Source of the DNA: Dehalococcoidia bacterium
GTDB lineage: Bacteria; Chloroflexota; Dehalococcoidia; Plut-88900
DNA length: 64,000 nt
Direction of reading: 5' to 3'
Assembly (NCBI GenBank): GCA_965197585.1
Contig: OZ240215.1
Location: forward strand, 2,592,001-2,656,000
Part shown: positions 9,889 to 20,105 of the stretch, piece after piece
Numbering within the stretch: position 1 is the first letter of the stretch
How the letters are laid out: each line of letters starts with the position of its first letter
Notes under the pieces: generated by a model
Databases searched by the model: none
Seen by the model: the letters and a program-made list of their open reading frames with translations, nothing else
Told to the model about the DNA's origin: nothing
Position numbers and translations under genes: made by a program

Positions 9889-10566
9889 CTAAGCTAGGGT
9901 CACGATGGCCAAGGCCCGTCGCCAAGCCTCCGTATCGTGTCCCCCCATAACCTTGATGGCCAACATCACATTGGCCATCCCGCACTGTACGCGGCCACTG
10001 GCCATTCTTAGGAGCGCCGGACGAGCTCTCATAATCTCCTCCGCTTCCCCGGAGAGGCCAATGGCGTGGTGCAGGACTTCGCTGCCTATCTTGTTGAGCG
10101 ATATGCTGGCTTCCAGGAGCCCGTCCTTCCCATGTGACCCGGTCGCCCACCGATCTATTGCCCCACGAGCGAATTCCACCAACTGCCTCGACCGACCGGT
10201 AAACTTCTTACCGATCTGCGCATTGATGTGCTCTACGTACCTATCCCGAAAACTTGAATCTATAGCAGCCGCGAGGGAGTACTCTGACCGTTCTTGCAGG
10301 GGTCTTATGAGTGACGTAGCTACCGTCCATCGTCCCGCTGCCGCTTCCATGCGTATTGCGCAAGCGAACTCGTAGACATCTCGTGTCACATAGTCGAGAA
10401 ACTCACCTTTGGCCGACGCAGCCCAAGGGGTGTCGCGAACAAGCTGAGAAAAGGCCTTGAGCAGCTGGTCAAGATACCCAAAGTCTGCTCCGGCGTCCTC
10501 CGGCAGCGCCTGCAAGTCAGGGGTGCCTAAGGCGATTTCAAGTGTGAACCGCATCGTATGTTTCAC
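9889..10566 (-). CDS. Hypothetical helical protein (possibly DUF5677/HEPN-like)
   Basis: 225-aa ORF; SLIRPLQE and SEVLH segments are reminiscent of DUF5677. Confidence 0.5.
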   Translation of the reverse strand: MKHTMRFTLEIALGTPDLQALPEDAGADFGYLDQLLKAFSQLVRDTPWAASAKGEFLDYVTRDVYEFACAIRMEAAAGRWTVATSLIRPLQERSEYSLAAAIDSSFRDRYVEHINAQIGKKFTGRSRQLVEFARGAIDRWATGSHGKDGLLEASISLNKIGSEVLHHAIGLSGEAEEIMRARPALLRMASGRVQCGMANVMLAIKVMGGHDTEAWRRALAIVTLA

Positions 10567-10614
10567 AGGCGTCCCTCAACTAGCCAAGTGATTTGAAAAC
10601 CCTCTCCCATTGAA

Positions 10615-13020
10615 TCAGCAAGACACGTTCGTCGCATCATCACGTCCATTTCTCTCGTTCACGGAATCTCCTCCTCCCTGCGACTCCCTCTTCGGCATCC
10701 GGTAGCCGACGCGGAACTGGGTGAAGATGTAGGCGGGGTCTTCGGCGTCGTCGCCCAGCTTGCGACGGATGCTGTTTATGGTGGTCCGCATGGGGCGAAT
10801 GTCGGCGTCGGCGTCGAGCCCCCAGACCCGGCGCAGCAGAGTCTCGTAGGTCAGTACCCGTCCGGCGTTGGTCGAGAGCTCGGCCAGCGTCCCGTACTCC
10901 TTGGCAGTCAGCTCAACCGGGCGACCGGCGAGGGTCACCCGACGCTCGTCATAGTCGATGGTCAGATCGCCCAATATATAGAGCTCCGACGGCTTGGGGA
11001 CCTCGCGCCTGCGCAGAGCGGCCCTGATCCTGGCTAACAGCTCCGTCGGCGAGAAGGGCTTGACCACGTAGTCGGCGGCCCCCATGTCGAAGGCCCTGGC
11101 GACGAGCTTGTCCTGGCCGTAGGCGGACAGGAAGATGACCGGTACGTCTCTCGTCTCGGCGATGTCCTTCATCAGGTCGATCCCGTCGGTCCCCGGCAGC
11201 ACCAGGTCCAGCAGGACCAGGTGGGGCTTATACTCCTCCACGAGACGCAGCGCCTCCCCTGGGTCGGCGGTCACCATCGGTTCGAACCCCGACCTCATGA
11301 GGGTGTCGCGGACGTACCTGAGCGCCTGGGGATCGTCGTCCACAGCCAGGATGCGCAACTGCTCCGCCCGTCGCGGAGCGCGGGACGAGGGCCGAGCGGA
11401 GGTCACCGGAGAGACGTACCCGGCCTGCTCCACCGTCGGAAGGGTGAAGGTGAACCGTGCGCCCAGGCCCGGCCCGTCGCTCTTGGCCCAGATGCGGCCC
11501 CCGAGCGCTTCAACTATCCCCTTGCAGATGGCAAGGCCCAGGCCCGTGTCGCCCCCCTGTTCCTGGGACTCGATCCGGGAGAACTTGCGGAACAGGTGCG
11601 GCAGGCTCTCGGCGGGGATGCCTCTGCCCTGGTCGGATACCGACACCGCGACGTGGACCCCCTCCCCCACGGCGGTCACCCGGATGATGGACGACACAGG
11701 CGAGTGCCTGGCCGCGTTGATCAGCAGGTTGCCCAGCACCTGCACCATGCGCAGCCTGTCGGCCATGACCCAGGGCAGGTCCGGCGCAAGGTCGATTTCG
11801 ATGTCGTGCCGGCCCCCGCCGCTGCGGAATCCGTTGCGGGCCTCGCTAATCAGTATGCCCACGTCGGTCGGTTCAGGTGAGACCGAAAGCGTCCCCGTCT
11901 CGATGCGGGCCACGTCCAGCAGGTCGCTTATCAGCACGTGCATCCTGTCGACCTGCGCGTCGATGATCTGGTGAAACTGCCTCATCTCGGCGGGGTTCAG
12001 CGGAGAGGGCGGGTCCAGCAGCGTCGTGATGGATCCCTTGACCGAGGTGAGCGGGGTGCGCAGCTCGTGGCTCACCATGGCCAGGAACTCAGCTCGCAGA
12101 CGCTCAAGCTCCTCCAGCGCCGTCATGTCCTGCAGGGTCACGACGCAGGACTCGACCTCCCCGTTCCCCGACCGGATGGGAGTGGCGTTCACCAAGGTGG
12201 TGACGCTACGCCCGTCGGGGACCTCGATGACGATCTCCTCGGCCCGCACCGTATCCCCTGCGATCAGCTCCTTAGCTATGTCGAACGGAGAGATCTTCCG
12301 TCCGTCGGCCCGCCGATAAGACAGAACCTCCAGCAACTGCTCCGAGGATTGGTCGGGGTCGCGCAGGCTCTCGACGATTCGCACCGCCTCCTGGTTGAAC
12401 GACACCGGCGCCCCAGTCCTGGCGTCGAAGACCGCCACACCCACCGGAGAGGTGTTGATCAGCGTCTCCAGATCGTTCCTGGCCCGCTGTTCCTCCCGAT
12501 ACCGGCGGGCATTGGCGATCACCATCGCCGCCTGGGACGCGAACATCACCAGCGTCTCCTCGTCCTCCTGGGTATATTCACCTTCCTTCTCGTCAAGGTA
12601 GATGGTGCCCAAGTGCTCGCCCTGGTGGCGGATTGGAGCAGCCAGAAAGGACATGAGGTCCGGGGGGAACTCGGGCAGATCTAGCGTCCGGGCGTGGCTG
12701 GGGAAGTCCCGCAGTCGCAGCGGTTCCTGGATACTGCCAACGTAATCAAAGAACCTAACCCGGTCCGGCTCGGCCCATTGCTTCCGTCCCTGCTCGGGCG
12801 TCATGCCGGAGCCGAAGAATTCCCGCATCTGCCCGGCATCGTCGAGGAGGATGAACACGCCGTAGCGCGACCTGGTCAGGTCACGGGCGGAGTCCAGGAC
12901 CCCCTGGAGCACCGTGTCCAAGTCCAGGGATTCGTTGATGCGCAGGCTGGCCTCGCTCAGCCTGGACAGCCGGTCTCGCAGGGCCTGAATCTCTAGGTCT
13001 CGCGCATCGTCACGGTTCAT
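10615..13020 (-). CDS. Cytoplasmic hybrid GAF-PAS-histidine kinase-receiver-OmpR wHTH regulator
   Basis: SHELRTPL H-box, N/G1/F/G2 boxes, REC motifs (AVDDD, LLDL, KPF) and wHTH (LTAKEY...GYRM); no transmembrane segment. Confidence 0.93.
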   Translation of the reverse strand: MNRDDARDLEIQALRDRLSRLSEASLRINESLDLDTVLQGVLDSARDLTRSRYGVFILLDDAGQMREFFGSGMTPEQGRKQWAEPDRVRFFDYVGSIQEPLRLRDFPSHARTLDLPEFPPDLMSFLAAPIRHQGEHLGTIYLDEKEGEYTQEDEETLVMFASQAAMVIANARRYREEQRARNDLETLINTSPVGVAVFDARTGAPVSFNQEAVRIVESLRDPDQSSEQLLEVLSYRRADGRKISPFDIAKELIAGDTVRAEEIVIEVPDGRSVTTLVNATPIRSGNGEVESCVVTLQDMTALEELERLRAEFLAMVSHELRTPLTSVKGSITTLLDPPSPLNPAEMRQFHQIIDAQVDRMHVLISDLLDVARIETGTLSVSPEPTDVGILISEARNGFRSGGGRHDIEIDLAPDLPWVMADRLRMVQVLGNLLINAARHSPVSSIIRVTAVGEGVHVAVSVSDQGRGIPAESLPHLFRKFSRIESQEQGGDTGLGLAICKGIVEALGGRIWAKSDGPGLGARFTFTLPTVEQAGYVSPVTSARPSSRAPRRAEQLRILAVDDDPQALRYVRDTLMRSGFEPMVTADPGEALRLVEEYKPHLVLLDLVLPGTDGIDLMKDIAETRDVPVIFLSAYGQDKLVARAFDMGAADYVVKPFSPTELLARIRAALRRREVPKPSELYILGDLTIDYDERRVTLAGRPVELTAKEYGTLAELSTNAGRVLTYETLLRRVWGLDADADIRPMRTTINSIRRKLGDDAEDPAYIFTQFRVGYRMPKRESQGGGDSVNERNGRDDATNVSC

Positions 13021-13619
13021 TTCTACGCCTCTCTTGGGCTGTGGAAGGCCCCTAATCTCCAAACCAACGTGCAGCGGCTGGATGTGGATTCCGAATTTGA
13101 CGCTACCGGGCCATTATACCGGCTATTGCCCGAAACTCATACTAACTTAATACCAATTGACCGATAATCTCACGTCCATCTTACATGTCCTCTGTATATT
13201 GGATTGGATTGACCCATCGAGAGGGAGATGCTCACATGGCGCTCGACAGACCGGTACATGCACCCGAGACGGCGGGCGGAACGGCGGCGCGGGCCGTCGC
13301 TGCGTCCGCCGCGCTGGTTAACGGATCGCCGGCCACGCATGCCTGTCCCGTCAGGCCAGCCGGCGGCAACTCGACGCTGACGACCCACCACTCTCGATGG
13401 CGCGGTCGCCAGGGTGACGTTACCCCATCCCGCGAACGCGAGGAGACCAAGCCCTCCGCTGACGCACGCCCGGACGGCGCGCTCCCGGGCTCAGGTGCAG
13501 GTCCAGACTGCTCAGACGCCGGCCTCTTCCACAGGACTGCGTCCCCGGTGTGGCTTATCCGTCCCTTCCAGAGTTCGGCTGCCGAACTCAACTAGGAAAA
13601 AAAGAAGGAGTCAATAGCA

Positions 13620-14489
13620 ATGACAATCAGAAATGCAGTCCCACAGTTCGGCATCCGCTGGGCTGTGGCGTTGGCGGTGGTGGCCGCGGTGGCCCTCGCG
13701 GCCCTGCTGGCCGTGGGCTCGCCGGCGTCGGCGCAGAGCTCACTTAATGAAACAGAGATCTTTTCCTCGACGATTACAGTGGGGAGCCACCCCAGCCTCG
13801 ACATCAAGGGTTACTACGACGTGGGCTCCAATACTTATGGGGCGATGTCGTTTTCTGATTTCCCATCTGTTGTCAACAGCGCTAGCGACCACTACTCCAT
13901 TCAGCACTTAATTGATTCCCCAGCTGGTAACCAACTCCACTTGGGATTATTTATACAGCTTGAGGACTTGGACCAGGAAGCCTACACGCTTCACATCGGC
14001 GAGAGATCGTTTGATTTCGCGCATGCCACCTATTCCTTTGAGACAGCCACAAGCATTCACGCTTACTCATGGTCTCTTTCCCCGCGCTTCGGCTGGGCGA
14101 CTGGGCAGACGGTAGCCGTCAAGATCACCGCGCTGCCGATCGTCACCATCGAGGCGGTCACGACCACGGTGGAATACGGCGGAAATGACAATGCCGCCGA
14201 CTCGGTCGCGGAGTTCCGGTTCACCCGCACCGGGGGCACCGACGAGGCGCTGAGCTTCACATTGAATCATTCTGGTCCGGGCTTCTCAGAGAACGCGACG
14301 CGCACGTTCAATGCGGGGCAATCGAGTTTCAGCAACTTTCACTGGGCCGTCGACGTGGACAACAACGGCAATCCGCAATGCTTTATTTCGTGGCAAATCT
14401 TCGATCGGAGCCATTACGTCCGGGGCACCCCAGCTAGTGCGTTGGTGACCGTCGAAGGGCCGGGCACCACCTGCATGTCGGGCATCTAG
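13620..14489 (+). CDS. Secreted protein, tandem paralog 1 (variable beta domain plus Calx-beta-like C-terminal domain)
   Basis: Signal peptide ...GSPASA-Q; ends GPGTTCMSGI; RBS aaggag. Confidence 0.85.
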   Translation: MTIRNAVPQFGIRWAVALAVVAAVALAALLAVGSPASAQSSLNETEIFSSTITVGSHPSLDIKGYYDVGSNTYGAMSFSDFPSVVNSASDHYSIQHLIDSPAGNQLHLGLFIQLEDLDQEAYTLHIGERSFDFAHATYSFETATSIHAYSWSLSPRFGWATGQTVAVKITALPIVTIEAVTTTVEYGGNDNAADSVAEFRFTRTGGTDEALSFTLNHSGPGFSENATRTFNAGQSSFSNFHWAVDVDNNGNPQCFISWQIFDRSHYVRGTPASALVTVEGPGTTCMSGI

Positions 14490-15570
14490 CTCTAGCGCCG
14501 CGCCCTCCCCAGGCCAGAGAAAACGAAGGAGCCAATAGCAATGACAATGATAAATGCAGTCCCAAGATTCGGCATCCGTTGGGCGGTCGTGTTGGCGGTG
14601 GTGGCCGCAGTGGCCCTCGCGGCCCTGCTGGCCGTGGGCTCGCCGGCGTCGGCGCAGAGCGCGGGTGATGAAATAGAGATCTGGTCCGCGACGATCACGG
14701 TGGGGATGGAAGGCAGCGGCCGTGGTTTCCACAACCGAGGCGTCCCCGAAGACTATGGGTCCATCTCCGACGATGACTTCAGCGTGGGATCTGACGATTA
14801 CGAAATAGACCTCGTCGCTGATACCGCTGGTTTCAATGGCGTACTCATCTTTGCCGTCAGGCCACAGCTTGATGCCACTTCAGAGCTGCTCTTTACGCTT
14901 CACGTCCGCGGGAGGACGTTCGATTTCAACGATGCAACCGTTGTTGTAGACGGCACCCTACACGCCTACCAATGGAGGGGTATCTCCCGCATCGACTGGG
15001 CTGAAAACGACGAGGTTGTCGTGAAGATCACCGAGAAGAAGTCCATCAGCCTCACGGGGGGTTTAACCGCGAGTCACAAAGTCGTGGAATACGGCGGAAA
15101 CAACAATGCCGCCGAGTCGACGGCGATATTCTGGTTCACCCGCACCGGGAACACGGACGAGGCGCTGACCTTCACCTTCCGTCATGTGCAAAGCGGAGAG
15201 ACCGCCACCCGCACGTTCGAGGCCGGGCAATCGGAATTCTTCAATGCCCACTGGGCCATCGACGTGGACGAGAGCAACAACCCGGTCTGCCTCATCACGT
15301 GGGAGATACTCTCCCCCGTCCCCGGGTACGTCTTTAACTTTAACCCGGCTTTTGCGGAAGTCAAAGGCCCCGGCACGACCTGCATGTCGGGCATCTAGCT
15401 CTAGCGCCGCGCCCTCCCCAGGCCAGAGAAAACGAAGGAGCCAATAGAAATTACAATGAGAAATGCAGTCCCAAGGTTCGGCATGCGGTGGGCGGTCGTG
15501 CTGGCGGTGGTTGCCGCAGTGGCCCTCGCGGCCCTGCTGGCCGTGGGCTCGCCGGCGTCGGCGCAGAGTT
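14455..15570 (+). repeat. Direct repeat of about 200 bp (about 14455-14660 and 15365-15570) covering gene end, intergenic spacer and next signal peptide
   Basis: acctgcatgtcgggcatctagctctagcgccgcgccctccccaggccagagaaaacgaaggagccaatag is identical in both copies. Confidence 0.9.
14541..15398 (+). CDS. Secreted protein, tandem paralog 2
   Basis: Same signal peptide and C-terminus as paralog 1, divergent middle. Confidence 0.85.
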   Translation: MTMINAVPRFGIRWAVVLAVVAAVALAALLAVGSPASAQSAGDEIEIWSATITVGMEGSGRGFHNRGVPEDYGSISDDDFSVGSDDYEIDLVADTAGFNGVLIFAVRPQLDATSELLFTLHVRGRTFDFNDATVVVDGTLHAYQWRGISRIDWAENDEVVVKITEKKSISLTGGLTASHKVVEYGGNNNAAESTAIFWFTRTGNTDEALTFTFRHVQSGETATRTFEAGQSEFFNAHWAIDVDESNNPVCLITWEILSPVPGYVFNFNPAFAEVKGPGTTCMSGI

Positions 15571-16289
15571 CGGACGATGGAGAAGAGATCTGGTCCGCGA
15601 CGATGACGGTGGGGGACTTCCCCACCGCCAAAGGGTACGGACAGCCGTCATCGGTTGGGTCCCTCTCCGACGATACCTTCATCCTGGGGCAACACGAGTT
15701 CCAGGTAAACGGAATCATAGACCGCCAGATTGGCTCTCGACTCATTGTGGGATTTGCCCCGAGACAGCCCAATGACGGCGAACTGCGGGCCATGACGCTT
15801 CACCTCGGCGGGCGATCGTTCGCGTTCGAGGATGCCACCTATGCGTCTGATACCACCTATACCCACGTATACTCATGGCCGCTTTCTCCGCGCTTCGATT
15901 GGACGGCCGGGGAGAGGGTTGCCGTGTCCATCAACGCGCTGCCGATGGTCGAGGTCTACGCGAATGACTCTGAGGTGGAATACGGCGGATCGGGAAATAC
16001 CGACGACGCGACGATTGAGTTCTCGTTCAACCGCATCGGGAGCACGGACGAAGCGCTGAGCTTCAACTTCAGCTTTGTCCAAACCGGAGAGACGGCGACA
16101 CGCACGTTCCAAGCCGGGCAAGAGTACTTCTATCTATACCACTGGGTCATCGAGGTGGACGAGAGCAACAACCCGCTCTGCACCATCACGTGGGAAGTGC
16201 TGCCTGGGGACGGGTACGTCCTTGGCAGGGATCCGATAGCGGCGGTGGACGTCGAAGGACCGGGCACGACCTGCATGTCGGGCATGTAG
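15456..16289 (+). CDS. Secreted protein, tandem paralog 3
   Basis: Same signal peptide; ends GPGTTCMSGM. Confidence 0.85.
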   Translation: MRNAVPRFGMRWAVVLAVVAAVALAALLAVGSPASAQSSDDGEEIWSATMTVGDFPTAKGYGQPSSVGSLSDDTFILGQHEFQVNGIIDRQIGSRLIVGFAPRQPNDGELRAMTLHLGGRSFAFEDATYASDTTYTHVYSWPLSPRFDWTAGERVAVSINALPMVEVYANDSEVEYGGSGNTDDATIEFSFNRIGSTDEALSFNFSFVQTGETATRTFQAGQEYFYLYHWVIEVDESNNPLCTITWEVLPGDGYVLGRDPIAAVDVEGPGTTCMSGM

Positions 16290-16379
16290 CTCCGGCGCCG
16301 CTCCAGCCCCTGGCCGGAGAACGGTCTCCGTTAGCCGGGCCCAACAGCCAAATTCACAGATTCCATCGAGAGGATGCAC

Positions 16380-17390
16380 ATGATTGACCGCAAGAGAGGC
16401 TGGGCAGCAATGGCCGTCCTGGCGCTGCTTCTCCTGTCGGCCTGCGGGGACGCGGACGCCGAGCCGGGGCTCACCGCCGCCGAGGTCAGGGAGATAGTGC
16501 GCGCCGAGCTGGCCGAGGCCCCGGCCCCGCCGCAACCGGGAACGGGCGTCACCTCCGCCGAGGCGGAGCGCATCGCCCGCGGGGTGGTGGCCTCCATCCC
16601 CCTCAAGTCTGCCCCCGCCGACTACACCGCGTTCTACGTGGAGAGCGCCATCGCCCTTTACGAGACCCGGGGCCTGGACGCCACCCTGGCCCACTACAGC
16701 CGGAGGGAGAGCATCGACGGCCAGTGGTACGTCTTCATCATCGACGGAGACGACCGCATAGTCGCCCATCCCGACCCCCAGCGGGTGGGGCTGGACGTGA
16801 ATGGCTGGGTGGGCACCGACACCAACGGCTACAACTTCGCCCCCGAGCTGCTGTCGGCCACCGAGGAGGGCAGGTGGGTGACCTACGTGTTCGCCAACCC
16901 GGAGAGCGGGGACTTCGGTTCCGGCTACACCGGCGAGTTCGATCTGAAGAACGTCTGGGTGGTGAAGCACGAGGGGCTGCTCTTCGCCTCGGGCTGGTAC
17001 GTCAACGCCGACGAGTTCACCCAGGCCATGGTGGCCACGGCCGCCCATGTGTTCCGTCAGGTGGGGCTGGAGGGCACCATTGCGTACTTCGCCAGTCCCG
17101 AGACCGATTTTGCGGGGCTGTGGGCGGTCATCGGCTACTACAACAGCGCCGCCAACGTTGAAGGAGAGTGGTTCGCGTTCATAGCCGACGAGAACGGCAC
17201 GGTCATAGACCACTACGACAAGGCGCTGGTTGGAACGGACATCAAGGACCTGCTCGGTACGGACAGCTTCGAGGTCACCGCGGAGGGCAATTGGGTGACC
17301 ACGGAGGACGCGCGCGTCTGGGTGGTCGGCCAGGACGGGATGATCTTCGGTTCGGGCTGGCGCAGCGGCCACGACGAGACGGGCGATTGA
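16380..17390 (+). CDS. Cache-domain lipoprotein 1
   Basis: Lipobox LLLSAC; Cache motifs WYVFII, AHP, DTNG, WVTYVFANP and FASGWY; second partial Cache repeat. Confidence 0.85.
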   Translation: MIDRKRGWAAMAVLALLLLSACGDADAEPGLTAAEVREIVRAELAEAPAPPQPGTGVTSAEAERIARGVVASIPLKSAPADYTAFYVESAIALYETRGLDATLAHYSRRESIDGQWYVFIIDGDDRIVAHPDPQRVGLDVNGWVGTDTNGYNFAPELLSATEEGRWVTYVFANPESGDFGSGYTGEFDLKNVWVVKHEGLLFASGWYVNADEFTQAMVATAAHVFRQVGLEGTIAYFASPETDFAGLWAVIGYYNSAANVEGEWFAFIADENGTVIDHYDKALVGTDIKDLLGTDSFEVTAEGNWVTTEDARVWVVGQDGMIFGSGWRSGHDETGD

Positions 17391-17569
17391 GGCTGAGAGG
17401 CCGTTTCCGACGCCCATGCATGCACGGAGATTGAAACCATGACCAGGGCCAGGCCCCATTTCAGGCGACCCGTTCCAGCCGGCGTCCCGCGGTCCGCAAA
17501 CCATTCTCAGGGGCCAGGGCGGCGAGGCGGGGCAGGCAGCAACAAGAAGTTCCGAAAAAGGAGGCATCG

Positions 17570-18175
17570 ATGAGACAGGAAGTAATCAGCACATCACCCG
17601 TTGGCGGCGGAGGCGTCCGGCACCGGCTGTTCCGGCTGCCAAGGCTGGCGGTGGCCGCTCTCGTCCTGGCGGTCGCCGTGGTCGCAGTGGTCGCGGGCTC
17701 CGCGCAGGCGCAGACGACGACCGAGCTGAGCATCGTCTATCACTCCAACGGCGACAGAATCGCCGTCCCGGGCAAGCTCAACTCCAGCACCACTCTCAGT
17801 GGATTCCCCGTAGCGCACCATGACTCCATAGCGTATTTCCGCGTCACGCGCAGCGGCGGAGAAAACCTGTTCCAGGGGGATTCCGACGGGGTCGTGGCGC
17901 GCTTCGAATACAGCTATGCAAACGGCTTCGGGTCCCCAGCGTCCGCTGACCGGGGTCTCATTGGAAGATTCGGCCCACCCTGGGACCTTGAGGAAGTCAT
18001 CCGGATGGCGAATTCAGGTCCGCCCAATTATGCGAAGACCACGGGTCCGCTGACCATCGAGCTGGTCCCGCTGGAGGGGCAGCTGTACACGGTCGGCACG
18101 AACAGCTCGCTCTGCATCGTCCTCCACGACCTGGACGGCAACGTCACGGGGGACAACTGCACAGGCGGCTCGTAG
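17570..18175 (+). CDS. Secreted hypothetical protein
   Basis: RBS aaggagg; signal peptide AQA-Q; C-terminal Cys pair. Confidence 0.75.
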   Translation: MRQEVISTSPVGGGGVRHRLFRLPRLAVAALVLAVAVVAVVAGSAQAQTTTELSIVYHSNGDRIAVPGKLNSSTTLSGFPVAHHDSIAYFRVTRSGGENLFQGDSDGVVARFEYSYANGFGSPASADRGLIGRFGPPWDLEEVIRMANSGPPNYAKTTGPLTIELVPLEGQLYTVGTNSSLCIVLHDLDGNVTGDNCTGGS

Positions 18176-18241
18176 CGGCCGAAGGGTTGACCGATAGCCC
18201 ATGCGACGACGGGCGGCAATGCCGATGAAAGCGGAGGGTAC

Positions 18242-19255
18242 ATGGAATTCCGGAAGCTGAGCGCTATCGCCTCGGTGGCGATGGCCGTCCTGGCGCTGCT
18301 CCTCCTTGCGGCCTGCGGGGACGCGGACGCCGGGCCGGGCCTCACCCGGTCCGAGGTGGAAGAGATAGTGCGCGCCGAGCTCGCCGACGCTGCGGTTTCG
18401 TCACAGCCGGGACCGGGCCTCACCCCCGCCGAGGTCGAGCTGATAGCCCGCGGCGTGGTGGCCTCCATCCCATCCAGGTCCGACCCCGCCGGGTACACCA
18501 GGTTCTTCGTAGATGGGGCCATCGGCCGCTACGAGACCTTGGGCCTCGAGGCCACCCTCGCCCACTACAACCGGGAGGAGAGCATCGACGGCCAGTGGTA
18601 CGTCTTCATCATCGGCGAGGACGACCGGCTGATCGCGCACCCCAACCCCTACCGCCTGGGGCTGGACCTGAAGGGATGGGTGGGCACCGACGCCAACGGC
18701 TACAACTACGGATCGGAGATGCTGTCCGCTACCGAGGAGGGGAAGTGGGTGTCCTACGTCTACCGGAACCCGGAGAGCGGGGACCTGGGGCCCGGCTACA
18801 CCGGCGAGCTTGAGCTGAAGAACGCCTGGGTGGTGAAGCACGACGGGCTGCTGTTCGCCTCGGGCTGGTATGTCAACGCCGACGAGTTCAGCAAGGCCAT
18901 GGTCGCCACAGCCGCCCACGTGTTCCGTGAGGTTGGGCTGGAGGGGACCATCGCCTACTTCGCCAACCCCGAGAGCGATTTTGCGGGACTGGCGGCGACC
19001 ATCGAGTACTACAACAACACCGCGAACGTTGAAGGGGAATGGTTCGCGTTCATAGCCGACGAGAGCGGCACGGTCATAGACCACTACGACAAAGCACTGG
19101 TCGGAACGGACCTGAATGACCTGCTCGGCACGGATGCGTTCGAGGCCACCCCGGAGGGCAACTGGGTGACCGCGGAGGACGTGCGCGTCTGGGTGGTCGG
19201 CCAGGACGGGATGATCTTCGGGTCGGGCTGGCGCAGCGACGAATCGGGGAGCTGA
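18242..19255 (+). CDS. Cache-domain lipoprotein 2 (paralog of 16380-17390)
   Basis: Lipobox LLLAAC; high identity to copy 1. Confidence 0.85.
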   Translation: MEFRKLSAIASVAMAVLALLLLAACGDADAGPGLTRSEVEEIVRAELADAAVSSQPGPGLTPAEVELIARGVVASIPSRSDPAGYTRFFVDGAIGRYETLGLEATLAHYNREESIDGQWYVFIIGEDDRLIAHPNPYRLGLDLKGWVGTDANGYNYGSEMLSATEEGKWVSYVYRNPESGDLGPGYTGELELKNAWVVKHDGLLFASGWYVNADEFSKAMVATAAHVFREVGLEGTIAYFANPESDFAGLAATIEYYNNTANVEGEWFAFIADESGTVIDHYDKALVGTDLNDLLGTDAFEATPEGNWVTAEDVRVWVVGQDGMIFGSGWRSDESGS

Positions 19256-19460
19256 GGCGGTGGGTCCGGTAGAGACAGGGCTAGAGCGATTCGACCAGGT
19301 CATGCAGATAGAACTAAATACGGGACGATCCGGCTTTGCGGCACGGGCGATACCTCAACGTTGGGACAAGTGCAGCCGCAGGCAACCGGCCCGGCGCACC
19401 CACCGGGCTGCGAGCAACGGCCATCCCGTCGGGGGAAGCCCCCCAGAGAGGACGACACAA

Positions 19461-19679
19461 TTGAGATTCCAACTGAACGTTGATCACCCGACAAAAAGGG
19501 CGATCCTGCACCGCAACGATTCCCGGGACCCTCGCTGCCAGCCGGCTGAGAAGAAGCCCAAGTACGGCTACTGGCGTAGCTTCGACGACCCCCGCAGGGT
19601 CCTGGCCTTCGTCGACGGCATCGGCGAGCGCCTGCATCCGTGCTCGAAGTGCAGGCCCGTGGTAACGGGAATTGGATAG
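19461..19679 (+). CDS. Small hypothetical protein, possibly metal-binding
   Basis: RBS gagagga before a TTG start; H...C...CSKC pattern. Confidence 0.55.
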   Translation: MRFQLNVDHPTKRAILHRNDSRDPRCQPAEKKPKYGYWRSFDDPRRVLAFVDGIGERLHPCSKCRPVVTGIG

Positions 19680-19776
19680 AGGCAGCAAGTCAGCGCTCCC
19701 CCCGGCCCTGGCCCCTCTTTTCGCGGGGGACCGCCCGGGGGAGCTGCGACGAGTGAGACGGAAGGAGGAGTGCCCC

Positions 19777-20057
19777 ATGCCGCGACAGCGCATCTCTTAC
19801 ATAAGGAAGACCTACGTCTTCCCCGCCAACTTCCATGAGCGGCTTGAGCGGTTCAAGGAGGAGTCGGACCTGCACGGGCGGAGCTGAACCGGCGCCTCGG
19901 CGTCTATCCCCAGACCTTGCAGCGCTGGAAGCGGGGCCTGTCGCGCCCCAGCGCGCGGCACATGATGGCGCTGCTGGAGTTGGCTGGGAGCCTTGGATTT
20001 GGCCATCTGCTGACCGGCCGCCCCAACGGTGAGGCGGTCTCCGGCCGGCCTCAATGA
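19777..20057 (+). pseudogene. Frameshifted XRE-family HTH regulator
   Basis: RBS aaggagga; FHERLERFKEESDL continues in another frame as AELNRRLGVYPQTLQRWKRGLSRPS. Confidence 0.75.
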
Positions 20058-20105
20058 CCGCCGTGCTCGCCGTGCAGGAAGACCGCCCCTGAAGAGAGCA
20101 TCACG

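Noticed and set aside
13620-16289. CRISPR array, diversity-generating retroelement or integron explanation for the repeats
   Set aside because: The repeats are about 200 bp and mostly coding. No cas, reverse transcriptase or integron integrase gene and no short repeat-spacer periodicity were seen in the window.
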